Shown: positions 14,089-27,331, numbered from the stretch's first letter. The stretch: DNA of 64,000 nucleotides from Eledone cirrhosa (GCA_964016885.1 OZ024745.1:55800001-55864000); one strand, 5' to 3'. The notes: generated from the letters alone by a model not told the origin. A program made the numbers and translations.

Positions 14089-15318
14089 GATGCAAATACT
14101 GCCACTACTACGATTACTACATCCGACGGGATGTAAGCGAATATGCGAATCTCACAAATATCCAAGGAATCTGTAGTAATAATAATAATAATGATTTCTT
14201 CATTAGCCACGCAGGGCATACAGGGATAAAAATATTAAGGACGGTACAAACAGAGCAGTACGCTAAAAGCTGTGAACGGTTAACGGTTATAGATGACGGA
14301 CGAGATGTACGTGTTCACAAACTCCACCCGACTTGCAAACGACAGGGATGAATACAAGTTGTATGTATATGAAGAGTTTCTCGAGCTCAGGTATTTCCTT
14401 TAAACTGAATCAGACGCAAATAACAAAAAGTTATTTCAATGTATGTACCCACCGAAATTTAAATATTGTTAATGTAAAAGCTTTATAGTATATAAAACGT
14501 GTACATGTAATGAGACTGAGTATTACTTTGTACTTGGTTTCGTTTGTGCCGTAGTGTATCAGAGTTGTGTATATGTTTCTGATTTAGAGATTATGATCTG
14601 GAGATTATGCTAGTGTTTGAACATGAGGTCAAAGCCATTATAGTAGCTATCTAATCATGCTGTGAATGGTTAGTCTGAATATAGAATATATATTATTTTA
14701 AGAGTTATACCAGTGATACAGGTATTTCCCAATAGTCAAGAATATATTTCTTTCCCCGGGACACGTTATATAAAATATCATCGCTCGTTGGTTATCAATT
14801 TGCACGATGTATACTATCATATTTGACGTCTCCTTATTTTCATTTTTATAGGATATTGGAAGAAATAATTCCTACATTTGTGCCGTGATGTTGCTGAAAT
14901 ACTGTCACACAATTGCGTCACTCATACGCTGAATACGTTTAGAGTTAAGGCCATAACATGTCTGATATATAGAGAAATATATTACAGTAACACGCTATCA
15001 TGGTGATACCCTCATCGATGTCGCATTAAGTTTATATTCGAATACGTATAATCCAATCCATGATGCAAAATAAATATACTTACCACTCACCCACCAGATG
15101 TCTTAAGAAATTTAATTGTTAATATATGTATTAACGAATCTCCAAAAATAACCTGGCTCTTAAGCGATCTCCTAGAGAATGCCCCCACGATAGTACCTTG
15201 GCTTAAAGTGGCTTTGAAGAAAATAGGTCTTACACAAAATCGTCACAATCTAATAATTTGCCACCACCACTTTATATTTTATGAGTGACTTCTTGCAGAA
15301 AAGATTCTGAATAAAAGA

Positions 15319-15349
<31 letters not shown>

Positions 15350-15353
<4 letters not shown>

Positions 15354-16292
15354 CAACTAGAAATAGATTGACACATATATATAAAATAAACACATGAAAC
15401 AATCTCAGGGAATAATTTGTAAAGTGTGTAATCACACATAGCTAGGTAGGTAACTAATTAAAGTTTAACTAGAATTTCAAATATAGATACCTTTTAAAAT
15501 GATTAATCTCCTTTGTATATATTTCTTTAAATAAAAAATATATTTCACCAATTAACCAGTAAATCACAGCGGTCAAATCCTGAAGAAGATCCAACCATCT
15601 GTGTTTACACAGCAAATGCAAATCTGTGAATGACTCGAACCACGTGTTGCATTTTATAAAAAATACAGACATCGCACCGCGTCATCCCAGTGGCGTGAAT
15701 AGGATTATCGACAACTAGAAATAGCAGCCGAGTCCATTCAACTGAATTAGCTCTACAATCAAGGGGCCGTATATATCCAAAATTAAATTAAGGTTGTCAT
15801 GTCTGAGAGACATGCGCCATATTCACTGCAGAGTAAGCTCAAAGATTCCAATGAATAGATCCGAGCATTTTATATCAACTAGAAATAAATTGACACATAT
15901 ATATATATATAAAATAAACACATGAAACAATCTCAGGGAATAATTTTGTAAAGTGTGTAAGCACACATAGCTAGGAAGGTAACTAATTAAAGTTTAACTA
16001 GAAATTCGAATATAGATACCTTTTAAAATGATTAATCTCCTTTGTATATATTTCTTTAAATAAAAAATATATTTCACCAATTAACCAGTAAATCACAGCG
16101 GTCAAATCCTGGATGGCCACCAAAGGAGAAGATTGTTTCATGTGTTTATTTTATATATATATATATATATATGTCAAGCTATTTCTAGTTGATATAAAAT
16201 GCTCGGATCTATTTATTGGAGTCTTTGAGCTAATTCTGCAGTGAATATGGCGCATGTCTCTCAGACATTTCAACCTTAATTCAATTTAAATA
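15350..16292. mobile_element. Complex direct plus inverted repeat insertion, PLE-like
   Basis: 15350-15583 repeats directly at 15875-16110; 15775-15932 is inverted at 16131-16292; GCTC...GAGC motif near 16201-16230. Confidence 0.65.
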
Positions 16293-16299
16293 TATATAT

Positions 16300-16714
16300 A
16301 TAATTAAAAGTTGAACAAGGTTCAATGAATTAATCAATGAATAAAGTTTCACAATACATCAGAAGCACTCTACAAGGGTTTTCTGGAGTTATTAATATTA
16401 CTTCAAAATATTAATAAATATAGACATTCATGTGATCACATATATTTGATTATACATATTTCAGAGGTACAGAGCTATGTCAACAGTTATTCCTCATCAG
16501 ATAAAATAAGTTGATGCCTTACATACCTTGACTATGTTGATGGTTATAATTCTGGCATAACTGAACTATAACCATCAACATAGTCAAAGTATGTCAGGCA
16601 TCAACTTATTTTATCTGATGAGGACGTATTGTTGAAATAGCTCAGTCCCTCTGAAATATGTATAATAAAGTATATTTGGTCACATGAATGTCTATATTTA
16701 TTAATATTGTGAAG

Positions 16715-16720
<6 letters not shown>
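16300..16720. mobile_element. Fold-back PLE pseudo-LTR mini-element
   Basis: Inverted arms about 16395-16548 / 16567-16720 with a short loop; hammerhead in each arm. Confidence 0.8.
16610..16669 (+). ncRNA. Type I hammerhead ribozyme
   Basis: TTTAT-CTGATGA-GGAC...GTCC-CTCT-GAAA-T-ATGT-ATA-ATAAA; mirror copy at about 16447-16505 on minus. Confidence 0.65.
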
Positions 16721-16752
<32 letters not shown>

Positions 16753-16807
16753 CTTCAAAATATTAATAAATATAGACATTCATGTGACCAAATATACTTT
16801 ATTATAC

Positions 16808-16858
16808 AGATTCCTGATGATTTCTAATGAATGAAACAGTTCTAGTCCTGTAGAATCT
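16808..16858 (+). ncRNA. Type I hammerhead ribozyme with full stem III
   Basis: AGATTC-CTGATGA-tTTCtaatGAAt-GAAACAG-ttctagtc-CTGTA-GAATCT; 6-bp stem I, GUA cleavage site. Confidence 0.75.
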
Positions 16859-17026
16859 CATCTATATTAAAACTTTTATACTCTGCTATGTATTGAGTAC
16901 CTTACTTACTGTGAACCCGGAATAACGTATATATATATATAGAGAGAGAGAATAAAACAGAAAACACAGGTAATCATTAAATGAGTTAACCACGAATTGG
17001 ATTACAATAAGCAATTTTCTGCTTCC

Positions 17027-17099
<73 letters not shown>

Positions 17100-17128
17100 G
17101 AAGAATTAAGAAGAGAATGACTGTGTAG

Positions 17129-17166
<38 letters not shown>

Positions 17167-17183
17167 CAGTAGTAGTACATATT

Positions 17184-17224
<41 letters not shown>

Positions 17225-17231
<7 letters not shown>

Positions 17232-17682
17232 TAACAAATGGAAACTATATTTATAAAACCATATTTATTTCATTATACATATTTCAAGAAAACCAAAGCA
17301 AATTATGGTGCGCTTTCAACATATAAAATATAATATAGATCAGTTTTATAAACAAATATTGACATACCCTTAAAGAATGCAACCATGTCGGTTAGAAGCT
17401 CCCGGATAGTTGGAGCTTCCAACCGACATGTTTGCATTATTTAAGGGTATGTCAATATTTGTTTATAAAACTGATCTATATTATATTTTATATGTTGAAA
17501 GCGCACCATAATTTGCTTTGGTTTTCTTGAAATATGTATAATGAAATAAATATGGTTTTATAAATATGGTTTCCATTTGTTAATATATTGTATTTTTACT
17601 CCCAAAATTTGTTGAGTGCTTTATATCAGTTATAAAAATATTTGCTTGTTGTATCCCAACAAATTAAATATAACTTCTGCAT
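17225..17682 (+). mobile_element. Fold-back PLE-like mini-element (arms about 17225-17402 / 17412-17588)
   Basis: Near-perfect inverted repeat of about 175 bp in (TA)n; GAAATATGTATA plus AATAAA; tail ACTC...TTGAGTGCT. Confidence 0.75.
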
Positions 17683-18009
17683 ATATATATATATATATAT
17701 AAATGTTCGCTCTACATGGCTAAATACAACAAATATAATCTGAGTTTTCCGATTCGATTGCAATTCTGCAAACAAGCCTCATTTTTAAAGCCATGTCAGT
17801 AGAATGAACCCTTCATCCTTGCTCTTGTGTTGGCATGTAAACAGATCTGCAGACAGCACACTGTTCATCTGCCAACTGTCAGAGCTTGTAAAGAATATAT
17901 GCTATTTTATGCAGTTCTAATCACATGCCATGAGAAGAGTGAAAATGAAGGGTTCATTCTACTGACATGGCTTTTAAAATGTGGCTTGTTTGCAAAATTG
18001 CAAACGAAT

Positions 18010-18190
18010 CGAAGGCATTATCGGTAGAGAGTCGGACGCCATGCTCTCCAGCATAGTTACGTCCCTTTACGATATGAGTTCAAATCCCGCCGAGGTTGAC
18101 TTAACTTTTCATCCTTACGAGGTCGATAAAATAAAGTACCAGTAATCCACTGGGTAATTGCTGGCCTTGTGCCTAAAGTAGAAACAATTA
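18010..18190 (+). mobile_element. tRNA-derived SINE
   Basis: B-box GAGTTCAAATCCC and conserved body. Confidence 0.85.
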
Positions 18191-18290
18191 TTAATATTCG
18201 AAAAACTCAGAATACGTACACATATATATATATATATATAGTAATAATAATAAGTTTAAAGACTAAAATCCAAAGAGAACCCCATTCGAC

Positions 18291-19388
18291 GTGAGTATGG
18301 CCGCCAGCGATTATGCGGAGGTTACTGATCTTATCGGCCTTTTCCTTCTTTTCTCTATCAAGGAAGAATTCCCCAACGTGGGCGGTGGTTTGTACCGTGA
18401 TGATGGGCTTTTGACCATGACTAAGTGCGGCCAACGTGCTTGCGACAGGTTCAGAAAAGAACTCACAGCCTTCTTCTAAGGCTTCAACTTTTCCATACAG
18501 GTTGAGGCCAACTTCTCGTTCGTTAATTACTTCGACGTTACCCTCAATTTATCGAATGGCTTGTATTACCTTAATTACCGAATGATACGCTTAATTACAT
18601 AAGTAAGCATTCTCACCATCCTGCCAGCATAACCAAGAACCTGGTAAGAAATGTTTCTTTGAGGCTTTCCCGTCTATCTACTAACGAGCGTATTTTCAAC
18701 GACTATTCCACATATTACAATGAAGCTCTTGCTCGGAGTGGATTTGTCGATAAGGTAGCATATACAGAGTACGAGAATAGACCTAGAAGAAATAGATCCC
18801 GACGCATTATATGGTATAACCGACCATATAATATGGAAGTGGCCACACCATTAGCTAAGATCTTTCTCTCCCTTATTATGAAGAATTTTCCCCCTTAGCT
18901 AAACTACCTAGCCGTAGGAACACGTGCAACCCTGTAGTTAGTACTAACTGTAATTGTAGGAATTGGGTTGACTGCCCCCTATCCGGGAATTGCCTCTGTA
19001 GTAACATTGTCTACAAATGTAAGGTTGAAACACCCACGTCCCGTAGGGCCTAATAGGGTTAACCGCCAATAGATTCAAGCAGCGTCTTTACTTGCATACC
19101 CATTCTTTTCCTTACCCTTTAAGAAGGAATATGACGTCACTTTCAGCTTATATGTGGAGTCGAAAAGACAACCACCCCCAATATAAGTTACACTGGGAGA
19201 TCTTAGCTAGGGCTAGATCGTATAACGGAAATAAAAGACCATGTGACCTCTGCGCCGCTGAGGCCCTGGAAATACTCTACGCCACAGACCACATCTTAAA
19301 CAAAAAATCTGAGGCAATTTCGGCTTGTAAACATAAATTGCAAAAATATTTCCTGTATTACAGCCCCACACTATACCCTAACGGATAG
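18291..19388 (+). pseudogene. PLE RT + GIY-YIG endonuclease pseudogene (stops/frameshifts)
   Basis: Fragments DYAEVTDLIG, GGGLYRDDGL, RRIIWYNRPY, CDLCAAE...CKH align with ORFs 21246-22298 and 27894-29192. Confidence 0.85.
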
Positions 19389-20436
19389 TGCGAACTATAC
19401 ACGGATATTTTACGTCTTGATGTGGTAGCTAAGTATATGTTATGTTTATACCATTACTTATTTGTATAGGTAAGTATATATTACCTGTATGTTTTGTGAA
19501 GTTACGTATACTTTCTCGTACGTACATTTGATTGGATATGTTATGGCGTATATATTATTGTTTCTGGTACATAGGCTTTTGGTTATGTGTATACGTGAAT
19601 TTTGCGTCTGTGTGAGTATGCGGGTTCGTACGTATGTAGGGTGTGTGTATACGTGTACTTCGTGTTTTGGTTGACGTAGGTCTCAGAAAATATGTGTATT
19701 TACATGTAGGTATGTGTGTGCGCTTGTTATATACGTATTCATTTATTTATATACGTTTATTTAATTTTATGTAAACACGCGCACACACACATATATATAT
19801 ATATATATTTTTTTTTTATTTTAATATATATTTTTATGTGTATTTGGTGTATACATTCGTATGCGTGCGGGTACAGGCGTTGCGTGGGTTCTGTATGTGC
19901 GTGCGGTTTTGTTTTGTTTTTGTACGTGCGTGTATTTGTATACCTATGGCGAGTGTTTTCGCGTATGCTTGTGTATGTACGTATATGGATATGTGTATGT
20001 ATTTATTTAATTTCATTTACCTCTGTATTTTATTTACTTTATTCTTAACTCTGAAGCCCAGAATCATTCGGTTTCCTAGTTAGAATGTTAGTCTACGACT
20101 TCAGTTATACCATTTACGTTACTTTGCCTTTGCGTGCAATTGTTCTCTCCGATCCACATAAGACGTATTATCTTCGTTTTTTTCGTTCATTGCCAGAGAA
20201 CGTCTCTATGAACCACCTAATAGAATATTAGTCTACGACTTCTTTTATACCATAAACGTGGTTTTGTCTTTGTGTGTGATTGTTTTTCACCGCTCCAAAT
20301 AATGGCGTATTATATTCGTTTTTTCCCGTTCTTTGCCAGGGAACGTTTCCACGAACCAAAGTATCGTCTTCCTGTCTTCCTCCGGTTGCAACGTTTTTTG
20401 AAATATTTACTTCTGCGTTCACATATTGACTTTGTT

Positions 20437-20487
20437 AGTTTCGGAAGATCCCATTAAGGGTGAAAGCAGCGATCCTTCGCTTAAACT
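20437..20487 (+). ncRNA. Degenerate hammerhead ribozyme
   Basis: AGTTT-CGGAAGA-tCCCattaaGGGt-GAAAGC...GCTT-AAACT; core has U4G. Confidence 0.5.
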
Positions 20488-20507
20488 TTAATCTGTTATT
20501 TTAATAA

Positions 20508-20592
<85 letters not shown>

Positions 20593-20641
20593 AAGAATGA
20601 ATAATAACAGGTAGACATCATAAAAGGTAATTTATTCCGTG

Positions 20642-20753
20642 TGCTTACAAGTGTTTCCACGGTGGTACTGCAGCCTAGTTACGCTACGTACAAATTCACA
20701 AGTACTTGCAGAACTCGAATAACCAATGCTGTGACCACTGTTTCCTCAGAGCA
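20642..20753 (-). ncRNA. Hammerhead ribozyme with elongated stem II (pseudo-LTR copy 1)
   Basis: Reverse complement of 22660-22771. Confidence 0.65.
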
Positions 20754-21245
20754 GAATGGTAAATGTACAATGTAAATACCCTTAAGTGGGGTTGTTGGGG
20801 AAGATAGAGTAGAACAGGAAGAGAGAAAAGTAGGGAAGAGGGAGAGAGAAAGAAAGATATGCAGGGGTTGGAGAAGTAGGAGAGAGTGGCTTGTAGATAT
20901 CTTAATCAAAATGTTATAGTAGGGGTTTTATTATACTGGTTACTTTTGGAGAGATGCGTTGATAGTTAAGGTCGGAATTATTTATTGCCCCAGAGGGCAG
21001 GTTCATAGATGTTGAGAGGGAGGTAGGTCAAAGGTGAGAGAGAGAGAGTGTAATGGATGTAGAGAGAGATAGGTAGAGAGGGGAGAGACAAAGTATGTGT
21101 GGTGAGTGAATTTTGGGTTTGTAGTAGTAATCTAGGAATTGCACTGAGTTACCATGTATAGTGATAAGCAGTGTATTGTCTTGTAGTGTGGGGGGAAGAA
21201 AAGGTTGTTAGCTAGAAAGTGGTGTTATAGTTACGGGTTCGAATG

Positions 21246-22298
21246 TTAAGTTATTTTATAGTGAGAGAATTTAGCTTTTAGTTTGTGGTTGCAGTATAAT
21301 GATCGTTCAATTCTATCGTTAAGTAGTTTGTTTTTGGATTTTAATATGTAAAATAGCTCAAGGTTACATAACCTGCAGTACTTCAATCCACTCCGATATG
21401 CACTTGCGCTGGAAAGTATATTCCATTTTAAGGTGAACTGTTGGTTGTTTTCACGGAGTTGCCAGGTCTTGTTGGCGAGCGTGGTCACAAAACGGTGATT
21501 CGGATGCTTGATTGAGAATCGATGACGGTACCAGCGAGATTTAAACGATGTGGTGGTAGATCCGATATAATACCATTTCTGGTCGTTCGATTCAACCGTG
21601 CATTGGTAAACAATGTTGGACTTTAGGCATTCATTCTTCAATGGACATCTTTCAGGTAGATGGCAGTTACATTCTTTGTTGTGGGTAGCGGGTATACCAT
21701 GGATAGGTTGTGATAGCGGTACAGGTGGGTTGTGTAATACCCGTCTCCCATTTAGTTGTTGGCAGGCAGATATTGCGTTCTGCCCATCTGTTACTAAAAT
21801 GTTTTGTTTTGTAGAGTTGTTTAATTGCCTTAAGTTAAGTTTTTTTATGTATGCTTCAAGGTTTGGTGCCGTGGAGTATGATAGTCTAATAGTTTTAGAG
21901 TTCAGAATTTTGCTGTATTTATGGGAACTAGGGAAATGTTTGTTGATTAATTTAAAGAATGAAAGAGATAGTTTTGTACTAATCGAGGCATTAAAAATAG
22001 GATTGTACCAGATATACTTTCTACAACGTGATTTATTTGGTGGTGATCTTCTATTATTAGTATGTCTGGTAGTACTGTGTGTGTGTGCTTGTGTTTTAGT
22101 CCCCCGGTTACGTATTCCTTGATTTCGTGTAGAGCTATGTGTGTTATGGAAATTCATATCGATGTATTCTATTGTATCCCGGTGGTCAGCATTCCTTAAT
22201 GCATTATTGTAGTATTCAGCGTGTTCACTAAAAATATCAGAGTTAGACGATAGGCGAGATATTCTAAGAGAAATACTCCGAGGAACTGATTTGATCAT
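21246..22298 (-). CDS. PLE polyprotein C-terminal part (RT thumb, Cys linker, GIY-YIG endonuclease); frame continues to about 22397
   Basis: CNC..RCPLKNEC, NIVYQC...YYIGST, FKSRWYRH, CRLCNLE...CNH. Confidence 0.85.
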   Translation of the reverse strand: MIKSVPRSISLRISRLSSNSDIFSEHAEYYNNALRNADHRDTIEYIDMNFHNTHSSTRNQGIRNRGTKTQAHTHSTTRHTNNRRSPPNKSRCRKYIWYNPIFNASISTKLSLSFFKLINKHFPSSHKYSKILNSKTIRLSYSTAPNLEAYIKKLNLRQLNNSTKQNILVTDGQNAISACQQLNGRRVLHNPPVPLSQPIHGIPATHNKECNCHLPERCPLKNECLKSNIVYQCTVESNDQKWYYIGSTTTSFKSRWYRHRFSIKHPNHRFVTTLANKTWQLRENNQQFTLKWNILSSASAYRSGLKYCRLCNLELFYILKSKNKLLNDRIERSLYCNHKLKAKFSHYKIT

Positions 22299-22659
22299 GG
22301 AGAGTGGGTGGTTAGAGTTAAAGTTTATATACGTAAGGTTCTCATTTACCTTATGGAAGGGTCGTATCTGTCCGGTATTTAAATTAAGAGTTACGTCTCA
22401 ACATCTATGAACCTGCCCTCTGGGTCAATAAATAATTCCGACCTTAACTATCAACGCATCTCTCCAAAAGTAACCAGTATAATAAAACCCCTACCATAAC
22501 ATTTTGATTAAGATATCTACAAGCCACTCTCTCCTACTTCTCCAACCCCTGCATATCTTTCTTTCTCTCTCCCTCTTCCCTACTTTTCTCTCTTCCTGTT
22601 CTACTCTATCTTCCCCAACAACCCCACTTAAGGGTATTTACATTGTACATTTACCATTC

Positions 22660-22771
22660 TGCTCTGAGGAAACAGTGGTCACAGCATTGGATATTCGAGT
22701 TCTGCAAGTACTTGTGAATTTGCACGTAGCGTAACTAGGCTGCAGTACCACCGTGGAAACACTTGTAAGCA
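22660..22771 (+). ncRNA. Hammerhead ribozyme with elongated stem II (pseudo-LTR copy 2)
   Basis: TGCT-CTGAGGA-(about 85 nt, GTGGT...ACCAC)-GAAAC-ACTT-GTA-AGCA then AATAAA. Confidence 0.65.
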
Positions 22772-25700
22772 AACGGAATAAATTACCTTTTATGATGTCT
22801 ACCTGTTATTATTCATTCTTTATATACACTCCGGAATACTGAAGGATCAGGAACTAAGTTTCTTGAACAATTCTTCCATAACTCGTAGAGTAACCTCTTA
22901 CCGTACGTCAACCATATCCAGTGTAGTAATTAACCATTACTACATCTTGGATAATCCTATACCTAATATATATATATATATATATATTAGTGTTTCGTAT
23001 TTTCAAAGTCTTTTTCTGCAGAAATACAATCCTAAAATATATTATATTAAGATGCTTTGTGGGTGGGTTCAGATAACACCATTAAGGTTGAAATATCTGG
23101 TATTATAAAGTCAGAGTAGGAATTATTATACTATATTGTCTTTTCTTCATTTTACGGCCCAGAATATTGCTGTTTTAAGAACATTGCGTTTTAGTTGGCA
23201 CTGCCGTTTCCACCATATCATTATCAAGGCAGTTTTATGAAATTTAATATGTTACACGTCACAGATGAAATTTCAAAGACATTCAATTTCATCTTATAAT
23301 GTTGTATGCACTAACGCGATTTTATTCCCAATATCACATTCTACACGTGCTCCCAAATCAACCTCGTTGAATTAGCTACTATGGAAAAGTAGGAAATAAA
23401 TTATTGTTTTGGCACGTGCATGTTGCGAGTGGAACGTCTTCACGAACTGCATTGCTTGCCAATTATTGATTTCTCATTGAAACGTATTCCCCTATTGCTC
23501 GGCGTAGATTTCATAAGAAATTGATGAAGGTGATAATGAAAGCTTTCCATCCAACCTAACCCTAATAACTCATTGGTAATTAAGAATACATTATTTTCTC
23601 TACGAATCACAATAGTCTGCAGAATAGTGACACCTTAATCTATCCATTACGTTCATATACGAAAAGAATTATGTGCTCTCTGCTACATAATGAAATATCT
23701 CTTACAATATAAGAAAAACATTGTCTGCCGTAATCTTCACAAAGGGAAGTATTTTAGTATAATATAATAATCTGTAACATGTTGGTTTTCTCCCCGCAGA
23801 AACGATACATTAAACTAATTCAATATAAATATGAATTTTTTTTATCAATTTAAACATTAATGATATATCAGATATTCATAATCCATCAAAACGAAACGTG
23901 TAACGTGGTTGCAATTACTAAATAAACACATTTACAATGGGTAACAAGTTCAGGACTATTACAATACATTGTAATATTAAATTAATCTTATATCGTGTAT
24001 AATTTTAGTCATGTGAAAACAATATATAACTTACATAATTATGCTAATAGAGAGTGTTGCTATTCAGACTGAAAAATCAGAAAGAAAATCCAAATTACTT
24101 GCATTCTCACTAGAATCCAGGACAAAGAGGCACTCAGTTAATCGGTGTAAAGCGATACTCTGACAAAGCCTATCCTTTGGGCCGGAAGCATGTGATGTCT
24201 CCTCCATTGTCTCTCATTCTAGAAGCTTCTTTAATAATCTGACCTCCGATCTGAGTATCCACAGTTGACTCCCTATCACTAATCAAAAGGTGGGTTACAT
24301 CTCCTTTTGGAAATGACCGTTTCTGCATATGCGTATTTGTACAATTGTTTTTTCCTTTTCCATACAATCTCATTTAAACCGAGCTAATGATCCGAAGAAA
24401 AATGAAACAATTGTTCTCGGAAATGGTGAATTAACAATTGTGGAACTACTTCTACCAAACACGCCCCATGGACCGAGTGCTCTATTCCTACGGATATAAG
24501 TCACCAGTATTCTACGTATATATATATATGTGTGTGTGTATGTGTGTGTGTGTGCCTCTGTGTTTGTACGTACCCGTGTACGTATGTGTGACTCTTTGTG
24601 TGTGTGTATGTGTTGAAACTAACATATAACTCTATGGTACTATTAGAATTCGTGTGGTTGCTTTCTCCATATCAACTGAGATGAATGTTAGTAACATTTC
24701 CAATTCAAGATTACCGAACATGCCTTTTAGCGTTTCAATTCATTTTAAGGTAATCTTTCTGTTAATTTTACATGAGAATATTTCCTTTTGAGACAATGTC
24801 AAATCCAAAATATTTAAAACTATGTATATCACCTTCTTCATGACATACACGTTGTGTACCTGATAGATCTAGGAGAATATCCATCTGTATATCCCAGAAA
24901 TTGCTTTAATTATAATGCGTAATTAAATCTTAATGCCGTAAGAATGGTTTATTTTAAATATGTAGTAAATAAAATACATAATAAATAAAATGAATTCAAA
25001 TTATATTAGAAACCGTGTTTTGTTTTAGAAACATTCCTAAATTTGCGATTTCCTTTTTTGTCGTAAATAGAAAAGTATTTTGAAATGAGTTATGAGAAAT
25101 GTTTTGCAAATATATGCATCATCTTCCTGTTTTTATTATGAGTCGGGGGGACGGGGGTGTCAACTTATTAAAAGATAATGTTACATCATACCAGCCCATG
25201 GATGAGATTACAAACACCGGCTGCGTATGATTGATGAGTGGTGTCAACATCTTAGAAAAATATTTATACAAATAAAAGAGAACTGCTTGTTGTTCATCTG
25301 TAGCTTCCATCCTATGATGCGAGAAGTCTTAATTCGTATGCCTAACGGCATTATATAACCATATCTTTAGCACAGCATTACTCATTAATCCATCTTACAT
25401 ATATCTACCAATTTCAGAAGACACTTTGGTTCAGCGAATTGCTAACTCAAATAATCATTGGTAGGGAGGGGGCTATAAAATCTTCTACTAAGACATTAAT
25501 TTGTGCTAGATTCAGGATGGATGTGAAGGCAATTAGTTATTACATACTACACATTGAGTTTATATGTTGTTAGTGATAAAATATGCCCCTGTTGGCTGGA
25601 GATGCGTTACCTTCAACATATTTACGATTATCGGTTGAAAATTTCATAGGCTGAAATGATCATAGGACGACCATCAAAGAATGACTAAATGAGGTTTATA

Positions 25701-26094
25701 TTTCAACTGTCCCTGAAAAGAAACAATATAGCTATTAATAAGAAAAGTTGAAAGTAATGATTGAGTATCATTACTTCATAGGTATGCAATACGTCGAACT
25801 ATGATGTGTTTTTAAACATAAATTTGGTGCACATCTCTTCATTTGGGCAACATACATCCTGTTCCATGAGGCATTCTAAATGCATAGAAATTTAAACTCG
25901 GGTGAGGAGCTCTAAACAAATATTACATATGTAACCTTTCTCGATGTGCTAGGAATAGAGGATCAATAATTCTCTAAATCGACAATTCCACCTTATACAC
26001 CGACATGGCATAATAGAGCTTTTTTTCCGAAAATGTGTTCTGCGAAATACCTCGGGGAGGAAATGTTTATTTCATAAATGTTAATGAATCTATT

Positions 26095-26495
26095 ATAAGT
26101 AGGACACCGACGGCTGAGCTCAAGCCGTTTCGACGGTTAATTCTGGACTAAATGAACATTATTAGCCTGGTAAATGAATAGCCGAACTTCTCAGGGGTAA
26201 TTCCATCTATGGTAAAAGTGATTGTCACAAGGATTGGTCAAAAGTTTGTTGTTAAGACACATGATTGTGACAATCTTTGTGACAATCACTTTTACCATAT
26301 GTGGAATTACCCCCTGAGAAGTTCGGCTATTCATTTACCAGGCTAAAAATGTTCATTTAGTCCAGAATTAGCCGTCGAAACGGCTTGAGCTCAGCCGTCG
26401 GTGTCCTACTTGTTCCTATTACCCACTTTACTACCCTAAGTATTGAGTACTTTGGTGCGTTATGGTCCATCTGGTTCCTTACCACATTTCCTTCG

Positions 26496-26497
<2 letters not shown>
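26095..26497 (+). mobile_element. Fold-back mini-element, family with copies at 34313, 50562 and 62654
   Basis: Inverted arms about 26097-26235 / 26271-26411; GAAACGGC-TTGAGCTCA-GCCGTC hammerhead stem III; tail ends TTCCTTCGTTATATA. Confidence 0.85.
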
Positions 26498-26572
<75 letters not shown>

Positions 26573-26577
26573 TATAT

Positions 26578-27090
26578 AAATTAATAAAATTAATGAATAA
26601 AAACAAAGAAACAGTTCCTTATATTAAAAAATTCATCATTTTACGATCGTTTCTAGGATATATATGTGTGTGTTGGTATGTATATTATATAGATCTATGT
26701 AAAATTTTTACAAACTATCAGAGGGAATATACATACCTACACATATATGTGCTGTCTTTGAGTTCTTCATACGGATTGGACACTACCGTATATTTTGGTA
26801 GATTTATCTACATATATATATATGTACACATTTCTTCTATGTTTGATTTTACACCGAATGGCAAATGTACTTGGTCGATTTATGCATGCTGTTGAAATGT
26901 TGGATAAATAACCGGCTGTGGACAACGCGAAGAGGCCACCCTCGTTTATTTGTCGGAGATTTCTTCATAGGAGCTTTTATCCTTATGGCTTAGTATAATT
27001 GATTTTTTATATGGTTGATTGTGCTGTTTGGCAGAGGAAATGGAGTATATATTTTGTTTATCTTATAATTCTGTAGACATGATTTATAAT

Positions 27091-27095
<5 letters not shown>
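26578..27095 (-). mobile_element. TA-inserted PLE-like fragment with degenerate long-stem-II hammerhead (about 26640-26772)
   Basis: Minus strand ATGAAGA...long hairpin...GAAAC-GATC-GTA. Confidence 0.4.
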
Positions 27096-27146
<51 letters not shown>

Positions 27147-27331
27147 AGAAAGAGATGATTATTAGGAAGAACAATTTTTTTTTTCCTTTTTCATTTCTCT
27201 CTCTCTCTTTTCTGGGTTAGAAAATTATTAAAACGAAATGTTTTACTTTGTGTGAAGTGTTAAGGTATTAGTTGATTTATTTATTATTTAACAACGGCAT
27301 TTATTTATCTTATTATATATTTAATAATTGT

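Larger units (their letters stand above)
18240..20512 (+). mobile_element. 5'-truncated Penelope-like element (Hydra-clade-like) with a short inverted tail piece at its 5' end
   Basis: RT/EN remnants 18291-19388, long 3' region, hammerhead-like motif 20437-20487, AATAAA; 18240-18285 is the reverse complement of the family tail seen at 49265-49310. Confidence 0.8.
20590..22966 (-). mobile_element. Penelope-like element with inverted pseudo-LTRs (about 20590-21016 minus, 22398-22822 plus with extra tail)
   Basis: Near-identical inverted repeats of about 425 bp bracket a 5'-truncated RT-EN ORF; classic PLE architecture; TA-flanked. Confidence 0.9.

Noticed and set aside
13851-14219. Poly-Thr / poly-Val ORFs resembling a mucin
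   Set aside because: Produced by an (ACT)n microsatellite; no other support
18010-18100. tRNA gene
   Set aside because: Only A/B-box-like SINE head; no cloverleaf and continues into SINE body
21613-22122. Antisense ORFs overlapping PLE ORFs (also 28047-28822, 30418-32749)
   Set aside because: Shadow frames of the PLE coding strands
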